NCBI GenBank assembly: GCA_963677485.1
Contig: OY781964.1
Coordinates: 3,328,001-3,392,000 of the forward strand
From: Armatimonadota bacterium
GTDB lineage: Bacteria; Armatimonadota; HRBIN16
Length of the DNA stretch: 64,000 nt
Direction of reading: 5' to 3'
Below the pieces are notes generated by a model. That model was given only the letters and a program-made list of their open reading frames with translations, was not told where the DNA came from and searched no databases. Each line of letters starts with the position of its first letter. The first letter of the stretch is position 1. The translations under genes and the position numbers were made by a program. Shown here one piece after another: positions 48,894 through 58,361 of this stretch.

Positions 48894-51800
48894 ATGAGGT
48901 CTCTCATCGCTGCGTTGACGGGGGTCATAGCAATGTCTACCATAGCACAGGCTGAAATCCAGCCGATTTTCCAGAAGGACACCGGACTTTGGATCGGGAT
49001 ATCCCAGGGCTCCAAAACCATCAAGGCCACGGGTGCGGTGCGGCCCGATGTGCGCATCAACACCAGCATGGGATGGTCGCTGGATGGCAAGGGCTCTCAC
49101 AATGCGAACATCACCCACACAGGCAACACATGGGTGGTGACCCGCGAGGAGGGCGACTGGCAGATATCCAGCAGCCTCACCGTCGACGCGGATGAGATAA
49201 GCCGATATGCCACGATCACATACAAGGGCACCAAGCCGCTGGATTTGTGGGGTGTGTCGCTCTACACTCCGGAGCTTTCGCTCGCTAATGATGCCAAGCA
49301 GTATGCGCTGATCCCCGGCGAATACCCGGTGCAGCCGATGATGCAAAACAGTTGGCGCCCAGGTCAGGACCGCATGGAGATCGGCTGGACGCGCGCGGAA
49401 TACAATATCGCATTCCTCCACTCCCCGAAAGCCAAGCTGTCATTGATTTGCGGCTACAAATTCATCGAAGATCAGGCCCGCGTGGGCGTGCATGAGGGCG
49501 ACAAAGCCGTCAGCCTGTTTCACCAGTTCGATACCGCGAAGCACATGAAGACCGGTGACAGTGTCACCATCGGAGAGCAGCGTATCCGGTTGGTCTCTGG
49601 CTCCGAGGATGTGATCATGAACGCCACCATGAGCCTGGTGAACAGCCTGGACCATGGTCCGGCGGCCAACCCACCCTCCTGGCTGTTTGGCGGCACAGTA
49701 TACGAGCTGCACCCCTGGGGACCGCTTGAGATATGGATGAGCGGCGACAACGGTCAGCGATACGACCGTCTGCAACGCCAGATGCCGTATTACAAATCGC
49801 TGGGCGTGAATATTCTGTGGCATCTGCCCACCCAAACCACTCCGCCATGGGTGTATACCACCATGGGTCAGGGACTGGTGCATGAAGCCAACGGCACGAA
49901 GCAGCAGCTTAAGGACATGATCGCTGCGGGCCACAAGATCGGCATCAAGTCGATCGCGGACCTGGTGGTCTACGGTATGCATCCCGACGCACCTGATGCG
50001 AAAACACTCCCCGACGAGGTATGGTGCCGCAACCCAAAAGGTGACATAGACCTGGTTTGGAGCGGAAGCATCAAACCGGCCGATGCGAGTTCTATCCCGT
50101 GGCAGCAATACATCAAGAAGGCCTCACACAACTGGGCGGCTGAGTATGGTTTCGACGGTGCCCGGCTTGATGTGGGCGGCTGGGGGCAGATTCACAACTG
50201 GAACAACCCCGACCGCGCCAATGCCGCCATGGCGAAAGGTGGGATCGAGCTGAACAAGGCGGTGCGTGACGGCTTCCGCGAGGTAATTCCCGATGCCATG
50301 ATCCTGCCCGAGATCGGCAAGCCGATCGCTTTCAAACAAAGCGACCTGCAGTTTGATTACCCTTGGTATCTGGTGATGCGTGACCTGCTGACTACCTCGG
50401 ATATTCCTACCTGGATCACCAACGCCAAGCTCTGGCTGGACTGGCAGCGCGCCACCAACCCCACTCTGGCGATGCACGGATGGGGCCGTTTTACGGACAA
50501 CCACGACACCGTAGCACCTGACTGCTTCTTTGGTGCAGGAATCAACCAGGCGATGCTGGCCATCTGCAGTCTTATGGAAGGTACGCCTATTCTGTACCAG
50601 GAGCAGGAGACCGGCTTCAGCGAGGAGCTGGCACTTTGGCTAGCCTTGCGTCAGAAGTGGGACTGCTTCTCCCACGGCAGCGCTCAGTATACCAGCGTGA
50701 AGAGCTCAGACCCCCGCGTGTTCAGTTTCCTGCGGGTTGGGCCCACATCAGCCGCTGTGGTGGCGGTGAACCTGAGCAACGAAACCATCAAGACGCGCAT
50801 CACCATCCCTGGTGATATGCTGAGCAAGTATCCCTTCTCCGCATCAGCTTTACCAGGCTGCAGCGTGAAGGTGGTCAAGCCTGGGACGGCGGCTATCACC
50901 GTGCCAGCCTATCGGCCAGCCGTGGTTTTGTTGACGAAACAAGCGGTCGTCCTTCCGGCCATCGCGGTGGTTCCACCAAGACCGGTCGATGCCCTGCAGA
51001 ACGGATATAACTCCGAAACGGGTGAGCTGGTCGTGGCGAATGCCACACACTGGACGATGCAGACGCCAGATGGTGATCTACGCGAGAAATTTTGGGATTG
51101 GGGTATGGATCTCAGCAAAACCAACGACCCCATGAAGAGCCTGCCTGTGCTCAAGCGCATGTGGTCACCTCTTGAGACCGGCATACTAGATGGCAGTCAT
51201 CGGGCCGTGATTGGTCTGCAGACAGCCGACAACAAGCTGATCTCCGCTGCGTTTGATCCCTCCAAGGCCACCGAGGTGCGGATTGAAGATGAGCGGCTGG
51301 ACGGTAAGCAGGTGAAGCTCATCATCAAACCCGCCAGTGCGATGCTGCCTCTGACCTCGCTGGCACCGACACCACACCCTGAGATGAACGTGAGTGCCAC
51401 TCATCTCAGAATGGCGATTGGCAAGAGCAGTGTGAAGGCAGTGCGGCGACAGGGCGGCATCCCGATGAACATCACGATCGCCGGCCAACCGATCAATACT
51501 CAGGCATGCATGGCATATACCGACTTCGGCTTCTACAAAAAGGGCGAATTGGTCTCCATCAACGGTGAGACCAACCCGCGCTTGTTCACCATGGAAGCCG
51601 ATGGAAAGTCGATCGCCAGGTTCACCGGGAAGATGCACAGCCAAAGCTGGAACGGCGTGCAGACCTGCGGGTTGGCTGGTCCAGTGCTGGAGTATGAGCT
51701 GGTATACGAACTGCGGCCGAACGGCGAGCTGGCCATCACCTTCAGTGTCATCGCTACGCAAGACGTCGCTGAGGGATCAGCCTTTGCAGGTTTAACCATC

Positions 51801-52061
51801 CCTCTGCATGATGCAACCCTGGTGCAGCAAGGATCTGACAAAATCGGTCAGGGACGGAACGCGTTGCTCAAAGCCCCCGGCAGCATCAAGCTGCACGGTG
51901 GGAAAGCGCCGTTTGAGGTGGCTTGGAGCAAGGGCAACGGAACGGTGTTTACCATTGGACAGGGACAGCAAGCCGCCAACCTGTACATCTGTGCGGTAGA
52001 CGGTCCGCTTCCGGCCATGAAGAAGGGTGATAAGCTTTCACAACAGGCTGTCATCCGATAG
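48894..52061 (+). CDS. Secreted modular GH13 (alpha-amylase-like) protein
   Basis: Signal peptide; YYKSLGVNILW, GHKIGIKSIADLV, GFDGARLD (nucleophile), ILPE (acid/base), DNHD, GTPILYQEQE. Confidence 0.75.
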   Translation: MRSLIAALTGVIAMSTIAQAEIQPIFQKDTGLWIGISQGSKTIKATGAVRPDVRINTSMGWSLDGKGSHNANITHTGNTWVVTREEGDWQISSSLTVDADEISRYATITYKGTKPLDLWGVSLYTPELSLANDAKQYALIPGEYPVQPMMQNSWRPGQDRMEIGWTRAEYNIAFLHSPKAKLSLICGYKFIEDQARVGVHEGDKAVSLFHQFDTAKHMKTGDSVTIGEQRIRLVSGSEDVIMNATMSLVNSLDHGPAANPPSWLFGGTVYELHPWGPLEIWMSGDNGQRYDRLQRQMPYYKSLGVNILWHLPTQTTPPWVYTTMGQGLVHEANGTKQQLKDMIAAGHKIGIKSIADLVVYGMHPDAPDAKTLPDEVWCRNPKGDIDLVWSGSIKPADASSIPWQQYIKKASHNWAAEYGFDGARLDVGGWGQIHNWNNPDRANAAMAKGGIELNKAVRDGFREVIPDAMILPEIGKPIAFKQSDLQFDYPWYLVMRDLLTTSDIPTWITNAKLWLDWQRATNPTLAMHGWGRFTDNHDTVAPDCFFGAGINQAMLAICSLMEGTPILYQEQETGFSEELALWLALRQKWDCFSHGSAQYTSVKSSDPRVFSFLRVGPTSAAVVAVNLSNETIKTRITIPGDMLSKYPFSASALPGCSVKVVKPGTAAITVPAYRPAVVLLTKQAVVLPAIAVVPPRPVDALQNGYNSETGELVVANATHWTMQTPDGDLREKFWDWGMDLSKTNDPMKSLPVLKRMWSPLETGILDGSHRAVIGLQTADNKLISAAFDPSKATEVRIEDERLDGKQVKLIIKPASAMLPLTSLAPTPHPEMNVSATHLRMAIGKSSVKAVRRQGGIPMNITIAGQPINTQACMAYTDFGFYKKGELVSINGETNPRLFTMEADGKSIARFTGKMHSQSWNGVQTCGLAGPVLEYELVYELRPNGELAITFSVIATQDVAEGSAFAGLTIPLHDATLVQQGSDKIGQGRNALLKAPGSIKLHGGKAPFEVAWSKGNGTVFTIGQGQQAANLYICAVDGPLPAMKKGDKLSQQAVIR

Positions 52062-52089
52062 CACACTATCATCCGATAGCATAGAACCT

Positions 52090-52124
52090 GCGGGGATGTG
52101 GCGTTGCCACATCCCCGCTTTTTT
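52090..52124 (+). terminator. Rho-independent terminator
   Basis: gcggggatgtggc-gtt-gccacatccccgc-tttttt. Confidence 0.88.
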
Positions 52125-52145
52125 ATGGGATTGTTGACGGGGTGT

Positions 52146-52317
52146 TGTCTGAACCACGGATTACGCGGATGACACGGATGGGGAGGATGGGGACGGGGAA
52201 GATAGGGACGGGGAAGATAGGGACGGGGAAGATAGGGACGGGGAAGATAGGGACGGGGAAGATAGGGACGGGGAAGATAGGGACGGGGAAGATAGGGACG
52301 GGGAAGATAGGGACGGG
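52146..52317 (+). repeat. CACGGAT 9-mer leader running into a 15-bp VNTR (GATAGGGACGGGGAA)
   Basis: Seven perfect copies 52201-52305, one variant at 52186, one partial ending at 52317. Confidence 0.95.
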
Positions 52318-52338
52318 CCGCCATGCGTCGCAGCCATT

Positions 52339-52398
52339 GTAGGGGCATGGCGGGCCGTGCCCAAGAGCCATTGTAGGGGCAGGCCCCCGTGCCTGCCC
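52339..52398 (+). repeat. Two tandem GTAG-type REPs
   Basis: agccattgtaggggca occurs twice (52332, 52366), each followed by a gggca...tgccc hairpin. Confidence 0.75.
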
Positions 52399-52483
52399 CC
52401 AGCCAGTAACCGCATACGACCCCCGTCCGGGGTAGGTTTATGGCTGCCTTCCAGGGGTTGCGCACCGCTTGGCTGCAACTCGA

Positions 52484-52651
52484 TTGGCCATGTCCGGGGC
52501 GGTCTGTCATTACGCCTGCGGAAGCCACTGTCTATAGACCGCGCCGGTCTGGTTCCTGACACAAATCGTTCAGGGCTATCCGCCAGACCGGCGCGGTCTT
52601 GAGCCTTCTGCATCCGCTAGCCTACGCACAGACCGCCCCGGACATAGGCAA
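52484..52651 (+). mobile_element. ~168 bp MITE-like element, copy A
   Basis: Terminal IR atgtccggggcggtctgt / acagaccgccccggacat; internal IR agaccgcgccggtctgg / ccagaccggcgcggtct; inverted homolog at 58069-58236. Confidence 0.75.
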
Positions 52652-52765
52652 CGCTTGGCTGCAATAGAGGCGAACGGTCAATTCGCATATCTCTCTGTCG
52701 CCTCAGTGTGACGCGTAAGTTACAGCCGTGGCATTTATGCCGCGGGGGACGGTCAGGACAGGGTT

Positions 52766-55750
52766 CTAGTCACCTTTTGCGCCGAAACTCTGGTCAATCA
52801 CCACGTAGTCAAACAGGTTCACGCTGCCGTCGCCATTAAGGTCAGCCATTGAGTCATTGCTGCCGAAGTGGGTATCCAGCTCCACCAGGTCGAACAAGTT
52901 AATTTGCCCATCGCCATCGGCATCACCGTTGACCAGCGACACATTCAGACTGGTGTCAGTTGCGATGTTCGTGGTGTTCAATGACAGGAAGTGGGGGCTG
53001 CTGATCCGTATATCGTAGGGCGGCTGCAGATAGCTTGAAAGCGTGAACCGACCGTCCTGTTGAGGGAATAGGCTGATGGTCTGGCTCACTGCGGGGTCGA
53101 TGTTGCTATTGATGGCGGCTGTGATCCGCTGTTCGGTCGTATTGCCCGTGAAGCTGTTCAACTGAACCTGACCGCTGATACCATGTACTCCACGGATGCC
53201 GGAAATCCGTTTGCCATCTGTCGCTACGGACAGAAAGCCACTATTCGGTGCTGGCACGTCACTAAGTCCAGCGGCACCACTGTCCCATACCAGCACAGAC
53301 CCGTCACGCTTTACGCCGATCGATGTGTTTTCTTTCGCTGCTATCGCGATGAAATCCTGGTTGGGAGCAGGCACGCTGCACTGGCCCAGGGTGTTATATC
53401 CCCAGCATACTACAGAACCATTGTTCTTAAGTCCCACACTGTGCGATAAGCCTGCGGCGACATCGGTGTAGTCCTGGTTCGGCAAGGGCACCTTGGTTGC
53501 GAGATTGGCAGAATAGCCGCCACATCCCACTGAACCATCGCGGGTGAGTGCGACAACATGGTAAAGGCCAGCAGCCACCTTCACATAATCCGGGTTGTCA
53601 GAAGGCACCACACACTGGCCGTAGTAGTTCTGACCCCATCCAATGATGGAGCCGTCACGTTTTAGACCGAATGTGTCGTAATCACCCGCCACAACGGCCA
53701 CGAAGTCTGAATTCGGGGCCGGTACGTTGCACTGGCCCTCACTGTTTCTACCCCAGCAAACAATAGAGCCATCCGTTTTTAAGACGGCGGCATGACGGTC
53801 ACCAGCAGACACCGCGATGACATCGTGGCTTACGTCAGGTGTACCGCTTTGGTCGGTTATGTATCCCCATGTCATGACCGATCCATCCGACTTGAGGCCT
53901 AATGCAAAATCCGAACTCGCAGCGATGGCAGTAAAGGCGTTGTTGGGAACAGGATCCACAATGACCTCCATCCTTCTACCCCATTGGACGACGGTGCCGT
54001 TGCTCTTCAGACCTAAAGTATAACAATTACCTGCAGCGACTGACACAAAACCGCTGTTGGGGGAAGGCACATCCAATTGTCCTGCCCTGTTATCTCCCCA
54101 GCCCACCAAGCTGCCATCTTGTTTCAGGGTGAAGGCATGTATATTTCCTGCGGAGACGGCAGTGATATTGCTGTTCACGGCAGGCCCGTTGCACTGTCCA
54201 TACTGGTTGTCGCCCCAGCAGACAACAGAACCATCGCTCTTCAAACCGACAGTGTATTGAGAGTTTGAGTCGATCGCGGTGAAGTTTTGATTCGGTGTGG
54301 GTATATCGATCTGTCCGTAATAGTTGCGCCCCCAAGCCACTAGTGTCCCATTGAGTCGCAATCCAATAGTAAAATCTTCACCGGCTCCCACACTCATAAA
54401 GTCATGCTCGGGTGGACGCGTGTAGTTCATCGGATAGGCGTTTACACCTTCAGTTTTGGTCCACCTGACCACTGTACTGTCTCGTTTGACTCCTACCATC
54501 ACTCCTTCATTTGCTGAGATGGCTACGAAGTCCTGGTTTGGGAAGGGAATGTTGGCCCAGCTCCCTCCCCAGTTATAGAATCCTGGCTTACCCCAGAACG
54601 CCAGCACACCGTCCTTTTTCAATCCGATGCTAAAAGCATCTCCTGCGGCCACGGCTGTGAAGTCTGTATTGGGCTGAGGTATGTCACACTCACCGCTATT
54701 GTTCTGACCCCATCCGACCACGGAACCATCTTCTTTCAACGCAAGGCTGTGTGCAGTTCCGATTGCCAGTGCGCTGATCTGCTTGTTCTCCCCGGGTATA
54801 CCGCTTTGGCCGTACTGATTACGCCCAGTGGAGATCACAGAGCCGTCGTGCTTCAGGAAGAGATTGTGGTATTCCCCGGCGGCGGCAGCTGTGATTCCCT
54901 CATTGGGCAAAGGCAGGCTGCACTCACCATAGATGTTTCGTCCCCAGCTCACCACGGAGCCGTTACGTTTGATCGCCACAGTGTGTTCGGATCCAGCCGT
55001 GACAGAAGTGAAATCCTGGTTGGGTGAAGGTATGTCAGAACACTGGCTATGGTCATCCATACCCCAGCACACAACGGAACCATCACGCTTTAGCCCAACT
55101 GTATGGTAGTTGCCTGCGGATATGGCCACAAAGCCGGTGTTTGGTGAGGGTGTGACATACTGGCCGAATGTGTCGTCTCCCCAGCTGACCACGGACCCAT
55201 CGCGCGTCAGTCCTACAGTATGACATGCACCGGCTGAAATGGCCACAAAGTCCCCATTGGGAGCTGGCACGCTGCACTGACCGTAGTCATTGTTACCCCA
55301 GCACACCACAGACCCATCGCGTTTGAGCCCGACGGTATGTTGGCTGCCTGCAGCCACTGCAATGAAGTCCTGGTTAGGAGCCGGTACACTGCACTGGCCG
55401 TAGTCGTTGTTTCCCCAGCACTGAATAGAGCCATTCAGTTTCAAGCCTGCGGTATACATACCGCCAGCGGATACCGCATCGAACCCGGAATTTGGTGCAG
55501 GTATGTTGCACTGCCCATCGCTGTTGTCACCCCAGCAGCCTATGGTGCCATCAACCCTGACCCCTACCGAATGCCTGTCTCCTGCATCAACCGAGGTGTA
55601 TCCTGACAACGAGCCGGGCAGTGTGCGCTGGCTTCCCCAGACCTCAACCGTCCCCCCTTGAGTGTATCCAGCGGCGCTGCATATCAGCAGAATGAGCGCT
55701 ACCAGCCAATGATGACTTTTAGGAATCACAACGTCTCGATTTACTTTCAT
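52766..55750 (-). CDS. Secreted RCC1-repeat beta-propeller protein (about 21 repeats) with C-terminal dockerin/EF-hand-like domain
   Basis: ~39-aa repeat F.A.AAG..HT.GLK.DGSVVCWG.N..GQC.VP.PN; tail GDADGDGQINLFD...ADLNGDGSVNLFDY. Confidence 0.9.
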   Translation of the reverse strand: MKVNRDVVIPKSHHWLVALILLICSAAGYTQGGTVEVWGSQRTLPGSLSGYTSVDAGDRHSVGVRVDGTIGCWGDNSDGQCNIPAPNSGFDAVSAGGMYTAGLKLNGSIQCWGNNDYGQCSVPAPNQDFIAVAAGSQHTVGLKRDGSVVCWGNNDYGQCSVPAPNGDFVAISAGACHTVGLTRDGSVVSWGDDTFGQYVTPSPNTGFVAISAGNYHTVGLKRDGSVVCWGMDDHSQCSDIPSPNQDFTSVTAGSEHTVAIKRNGSVVSWGRNIYGECSLPLPNEGITAAAAGEYHNLFLKHDGSVISTGRNQYGQSGIPGENKQISALAIGTAHSLALKEDGSVVGWGQNNSGECDIPQPNTDFTAVAAGDAFSIGLKKDGVLAFWGKPGFYNWGGSWANIPFPNQDFVAISANEGVMVGVKRDSTVVRWTKTEGVNAYPMNYTRPPEHDFMSVGAGEDFTIGLRLNGTLVAWGRNYYGQIDIPTPNQNFTAIDSNSQYTVGLKSDGSVVCWGDNQYGQCNGPAVNSNITAVSAGNIHAFTLKQDGSLVGWGDNRAGQLDVPSPNSGFVSVAAGNCYTLGLKSNGTVVQWGRRMEVIVDPVPNNAFTAIAASSDFALGLKSDGSVMTWGYITDQSGTPDVSHDVIAVSAGDRHAAVLKTDGSIVCWGRNSEGQCNVPAPNSDFVAVVAGDYDTFGLKRDGSIIGWGQNYYGQCVVPSDNPDYVKVAAGLYHVVALTRDGSVGCGGYSANLATKVPLPNQDYTDVAAGLSHSVGLKNNGSVVCWGYNTLGQCSVPAPNQDFIAIAAKENTSIGVKRDGSVLVWDSGAAGLSDVPAPNSGFLSVATDGKRISGIRGVHGISGQVQLNSFTGNTTEQRITAAINSNIDPAVSQTISLFPQQDGRFTLSSYLQPPYDIRISSPHFLSLNTTNIATDTSLNVSLVNGDADGDGQINLFDLVELDTHFGSNDSMADLNGDGSVNLFDYVVIDQSFGAKGD

Positions 55751-55761
55751 TATAATCTCCG

Positions 55762-57894
55762 CTAGTTACCCTTCGCGCCGAAATTCTGGTCGATCACGAC
55801 ATAGTCAAACAGGTTCACGCTGCCATCACCGTCAAGGTCAGCCATACCATCGGCACTGCCAAAGTGGGCATCAAGCACCACGATATCGAACAGGTTAATC
55901 TGTCCATCTCCATCGGCATCGCCGTTGACCAGCGAGAGATTCAAACTCTGAGCAGGATCAACATCATTCACTTTAAGGGTCAGGAAGTGAGGGCTGCTCA
56001 TCCGGATGGCGTAAGGAGGCAGCAGGTATGTGGTAAAGCTGTACTGGCCGTCACTACCTGGATGGATATTTATGTCTTGTGTCGCCCCGAAATAGGAGCT
56101 GCTGGAAAGAGTGCTCGTGACCTGTCGCGTTGCGGGATCGCCTTTGAAATCACCAAACTGCATCAGTCCTGTTAGTTGATACGTCGGGCGAATCGCGATA
56201 GTATGTAGCCCACAAGCGGCGATGGCAAGAAATCCTCTGTTTGGGGCGACCATGTTATCTTGCACCACATCGCCGTTACCCCAGCTTACCACGGTACCAT
56301 CATCCTTAAGCCCTACCGAATGTCCATATCCTGCGGCCACAGCGACAAAGTGCGAATTAGGGGACGGCACGTTGAGCTGGCCGTTGTCGTTATTGCCCCA
56401 GCATACGACACTGCCATCATTTTTCAGTCCAACTGTATGCAGATATCCGCCTGCCACGGCTTTGAAGTTCTGATTCGGTGCCGGCACAATGCATTGCCCG
56501 AAGTCTCGCTTTAGCCACCCCTTGTCCAACCCGCCCCAGCACTGCACACTCCCGTCACTCTTTAGTCCGACAGTATGATATGCTCCAGCAGCTATTGCGG
56601 TGAACACCTGTGAAATGACGGTTCCGCTAGAACTGTAGTTTTCGCCCCATATCACTATGTTGCCATTCTTTTTAAGGCCAATAGTATTAATGTATCCCGC
56701 GGCTACGGCTTTGAAATCGGCATTGGGAGCTGGCACGGTGCTCATGTTATTGGCATTACTGCCCCAGCATACCAGTGTGCCGTTTTGTTTTAAACCTACC
56801 GAATGATCCTGCCCAGCGGAAACATCAATGAAACCTTGGTTCGGTGCAGGAATGGTGCTTTCACCAGAGTAGTTCCATCCATATAAAGGAACCAGGGAGC
56901 CGTCGCTCTTCAGTCCAATAGCATGGGAATCTCCCACGGCCACCTTGGTAAAATCTTCATTCGGTTGGATGACATTGCACGCGGCATCGCCACGATATCC
57001 CCAACAGACCACTGTTCCATCTTTCTTTAGGCCTGCGGTGTGATAATCCCCGGCTACTATTGCAGTGAAGTCATAATTTGGGGTGGGTATATCAGCTTGA
57101 CCATCGCTGTTGTCTCCCCAGACCACGAGGGAGCCATCTCGCTTCAGACCGACGGTTTGATACCGTCCTGCCGTCACAGAGGCGAAATCCGCATTGGGTG
57201 AGGGGACATCGCATTGAGCATCATCATTCTCGCCCCAGCAGACCACGGAGCCATCACGCTTGAGCCCAACTGTATAGTTGGCACCCGCGTCAATGGCAAC
57301 GAAATCCTGGTTGGGAAGGGGGATATCGCACTGACCGTATGAGTTATCACCCCAGCAGACAATGGAACCATCTTGTTTTAACCCAACCGAATGGTAGTCG
57401 CCTGCTGATACGGAACCAAAGTTGCTGTTAGGGGCTGGTACATTGGTGTCGCCGTAGTAGTTCCGGCCCCAGCATACCACGGTGCCGTTATTTTTCAACC
57501 CAATCGTATGCTCAGAGCCTGCCGCTACAGCCTTGAAATCAATATTGAGCACTGGCGGGGTACACTGCCCGTAGTCATTTCTGCCCCAACAATAAACCGT
57601 GCTGTCGCGCTTGATACCGACTGTATGGTAACCTCCAGCAGATATCGCTTGAAAGACCGGGCTTGGTGTAGGAAGTGTGCATTGGCCATCACTATTATCG
57701 CCCCAACAACTTACCGTGCCATCTTGCTTAAGCCCAGCGGTATGAGCTGCACCAGCAGCGACGGCGGTAAATCCTGAGAGATCGCCTGGCAGCAGGCGTT
57801 GCCGTCCCCATGCCTCAATAGTTCCGGCATGCGCGCCTGCTGAATATCCGGTAAACAGCAGCAATGCAATCATGATATAGGTGCAGCTTCTCAT
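55762..57894 (-). CDS. Secreted RCC1-repeat beta-propeller protein (about 14 repeats) with C-terminal dockerin/EF-hand-like domain
   Basis: Same repeat and nearly identical tail to 52766-55750; signal peptide ending AHA; start position uncertain. Confidence 0.88.
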   Translation of the reverse strand: MRSCTYIMIALLLFTGYSAGAHAGTIEAWGRQRLLPGDLSGFTAVAAGAAHTAGLKQDGTVSCWGDNSDGQCTLPTPSPVFQAISAGGYHTVGIKRDSTVYCWGRNDYGQCTPPVLNIDFKAVAAGSEHTIGLKNNGTVVCWGRNYYGDTNVPAPNSNFGSVSAGDYHSVGLKQDGSIVCWGDNSYGQCDIPLPNQDFVAIDAGANYTVGLKRDGSVVCWGENDDAQCDVPSPNADFASVTAGRYQTVGLKRDGSLVVWGDNSDGQADIPTPNYDFTAIVAGDYHTAGLKKDGTVVCWGYRGDAACNVIQPNEDFTKVAVGDSHAIGLKSDGSLVPLYGWNYSGESTIPAPNQGFIDVSAGQDHSVGLKQNGTLVCWGSNANNMSTVPAPNADFKAVAAGYINTIGLKKNGNIVIWGENYSSSGTVISQVFTAIAAGAYHTVGLKSDGSVQCWGGLDKGWLKRDFGQCIVPAPNQNFKAVAGGYLHTVGLKNDGSVVCWGNNDNGQLNVPSPNSHFVAVAAGYGHSVGLKDDGTVVSWGNGDVVQDNMVAPNRGFLAIAACGLHTIAIRPTYQLTGLMQFGDFKGDPATRQVTSTLSSSSYFGATQDINIHPGSDGQYSFTTYLLPPYAIRMSSPHFLTLKVNDVDPAQSLNLSLVNGDADGDGQINLFDIVVLDAHFGSADGMADLDGDGSVNLFDYVVIDQNFGAKGN

Positions 57895-58068
57895 GACTGC
57901 ATTTCGCTTCACGTGACCAGATGTTCTTACCAAAATATTACCATGCCAATCTGAGCTCAACTTTGCCGTGCTCGTGTATCGATTTTGTCAAGCTCATTAT
58001 AACACACAAACAAGCAACTGCCCGTGCTGACACGGCAGCCCAGGCTGTAACTGATTCGTACCCTTCAA

Positions 58069-58236
58069 TTGCCTAAGTCCGGGGCGGTCTGTGCGCAGGA
58101 TAGCGGCTGCAGAAGGTTCAAGACCGCGCCGGTCTGGCGGTTAGCCACGAAAGATATGTGTCGGGAACAAGACCGGCGCGGTCCATAGACAGTGGCCCCC
58201 GCTGGTTTACTGACAGACCGCCCCGGACATAGCCAA
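58069..58236 (-). mobile_element. ~168 bp MITE-like element, copy B (inverted)
   Basis: Reverse complement aligns end to end with 52484-52651, with scattered substitutions. Confidence 0.75.
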
Positions 58237-58361
58237 CCGAGTTATTTACAAGCGATGGCCCGCCAACGCACACTAAAACAAACAGGCACAGAAAACCACG
58301 CAGATATGCAGTACTTGCTTCTGCTGATAATCAGTCAGGCATTGTACGGGATCGCTTTCGG

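Noticed and set aside
51848-52613. ORFs with KIGTG, PIFPV, PYLPR or SSPSL repeats
   Set aside because: Translations of the 15-bp VNTR, open in several frames, with no SD or coding context
52766-57894. Diversity-generating retroelement acting on the RCC1 repeats
   Set aside because: No reverse transcriptase and no template/variable repeat pair with adenine-specific differences was seen
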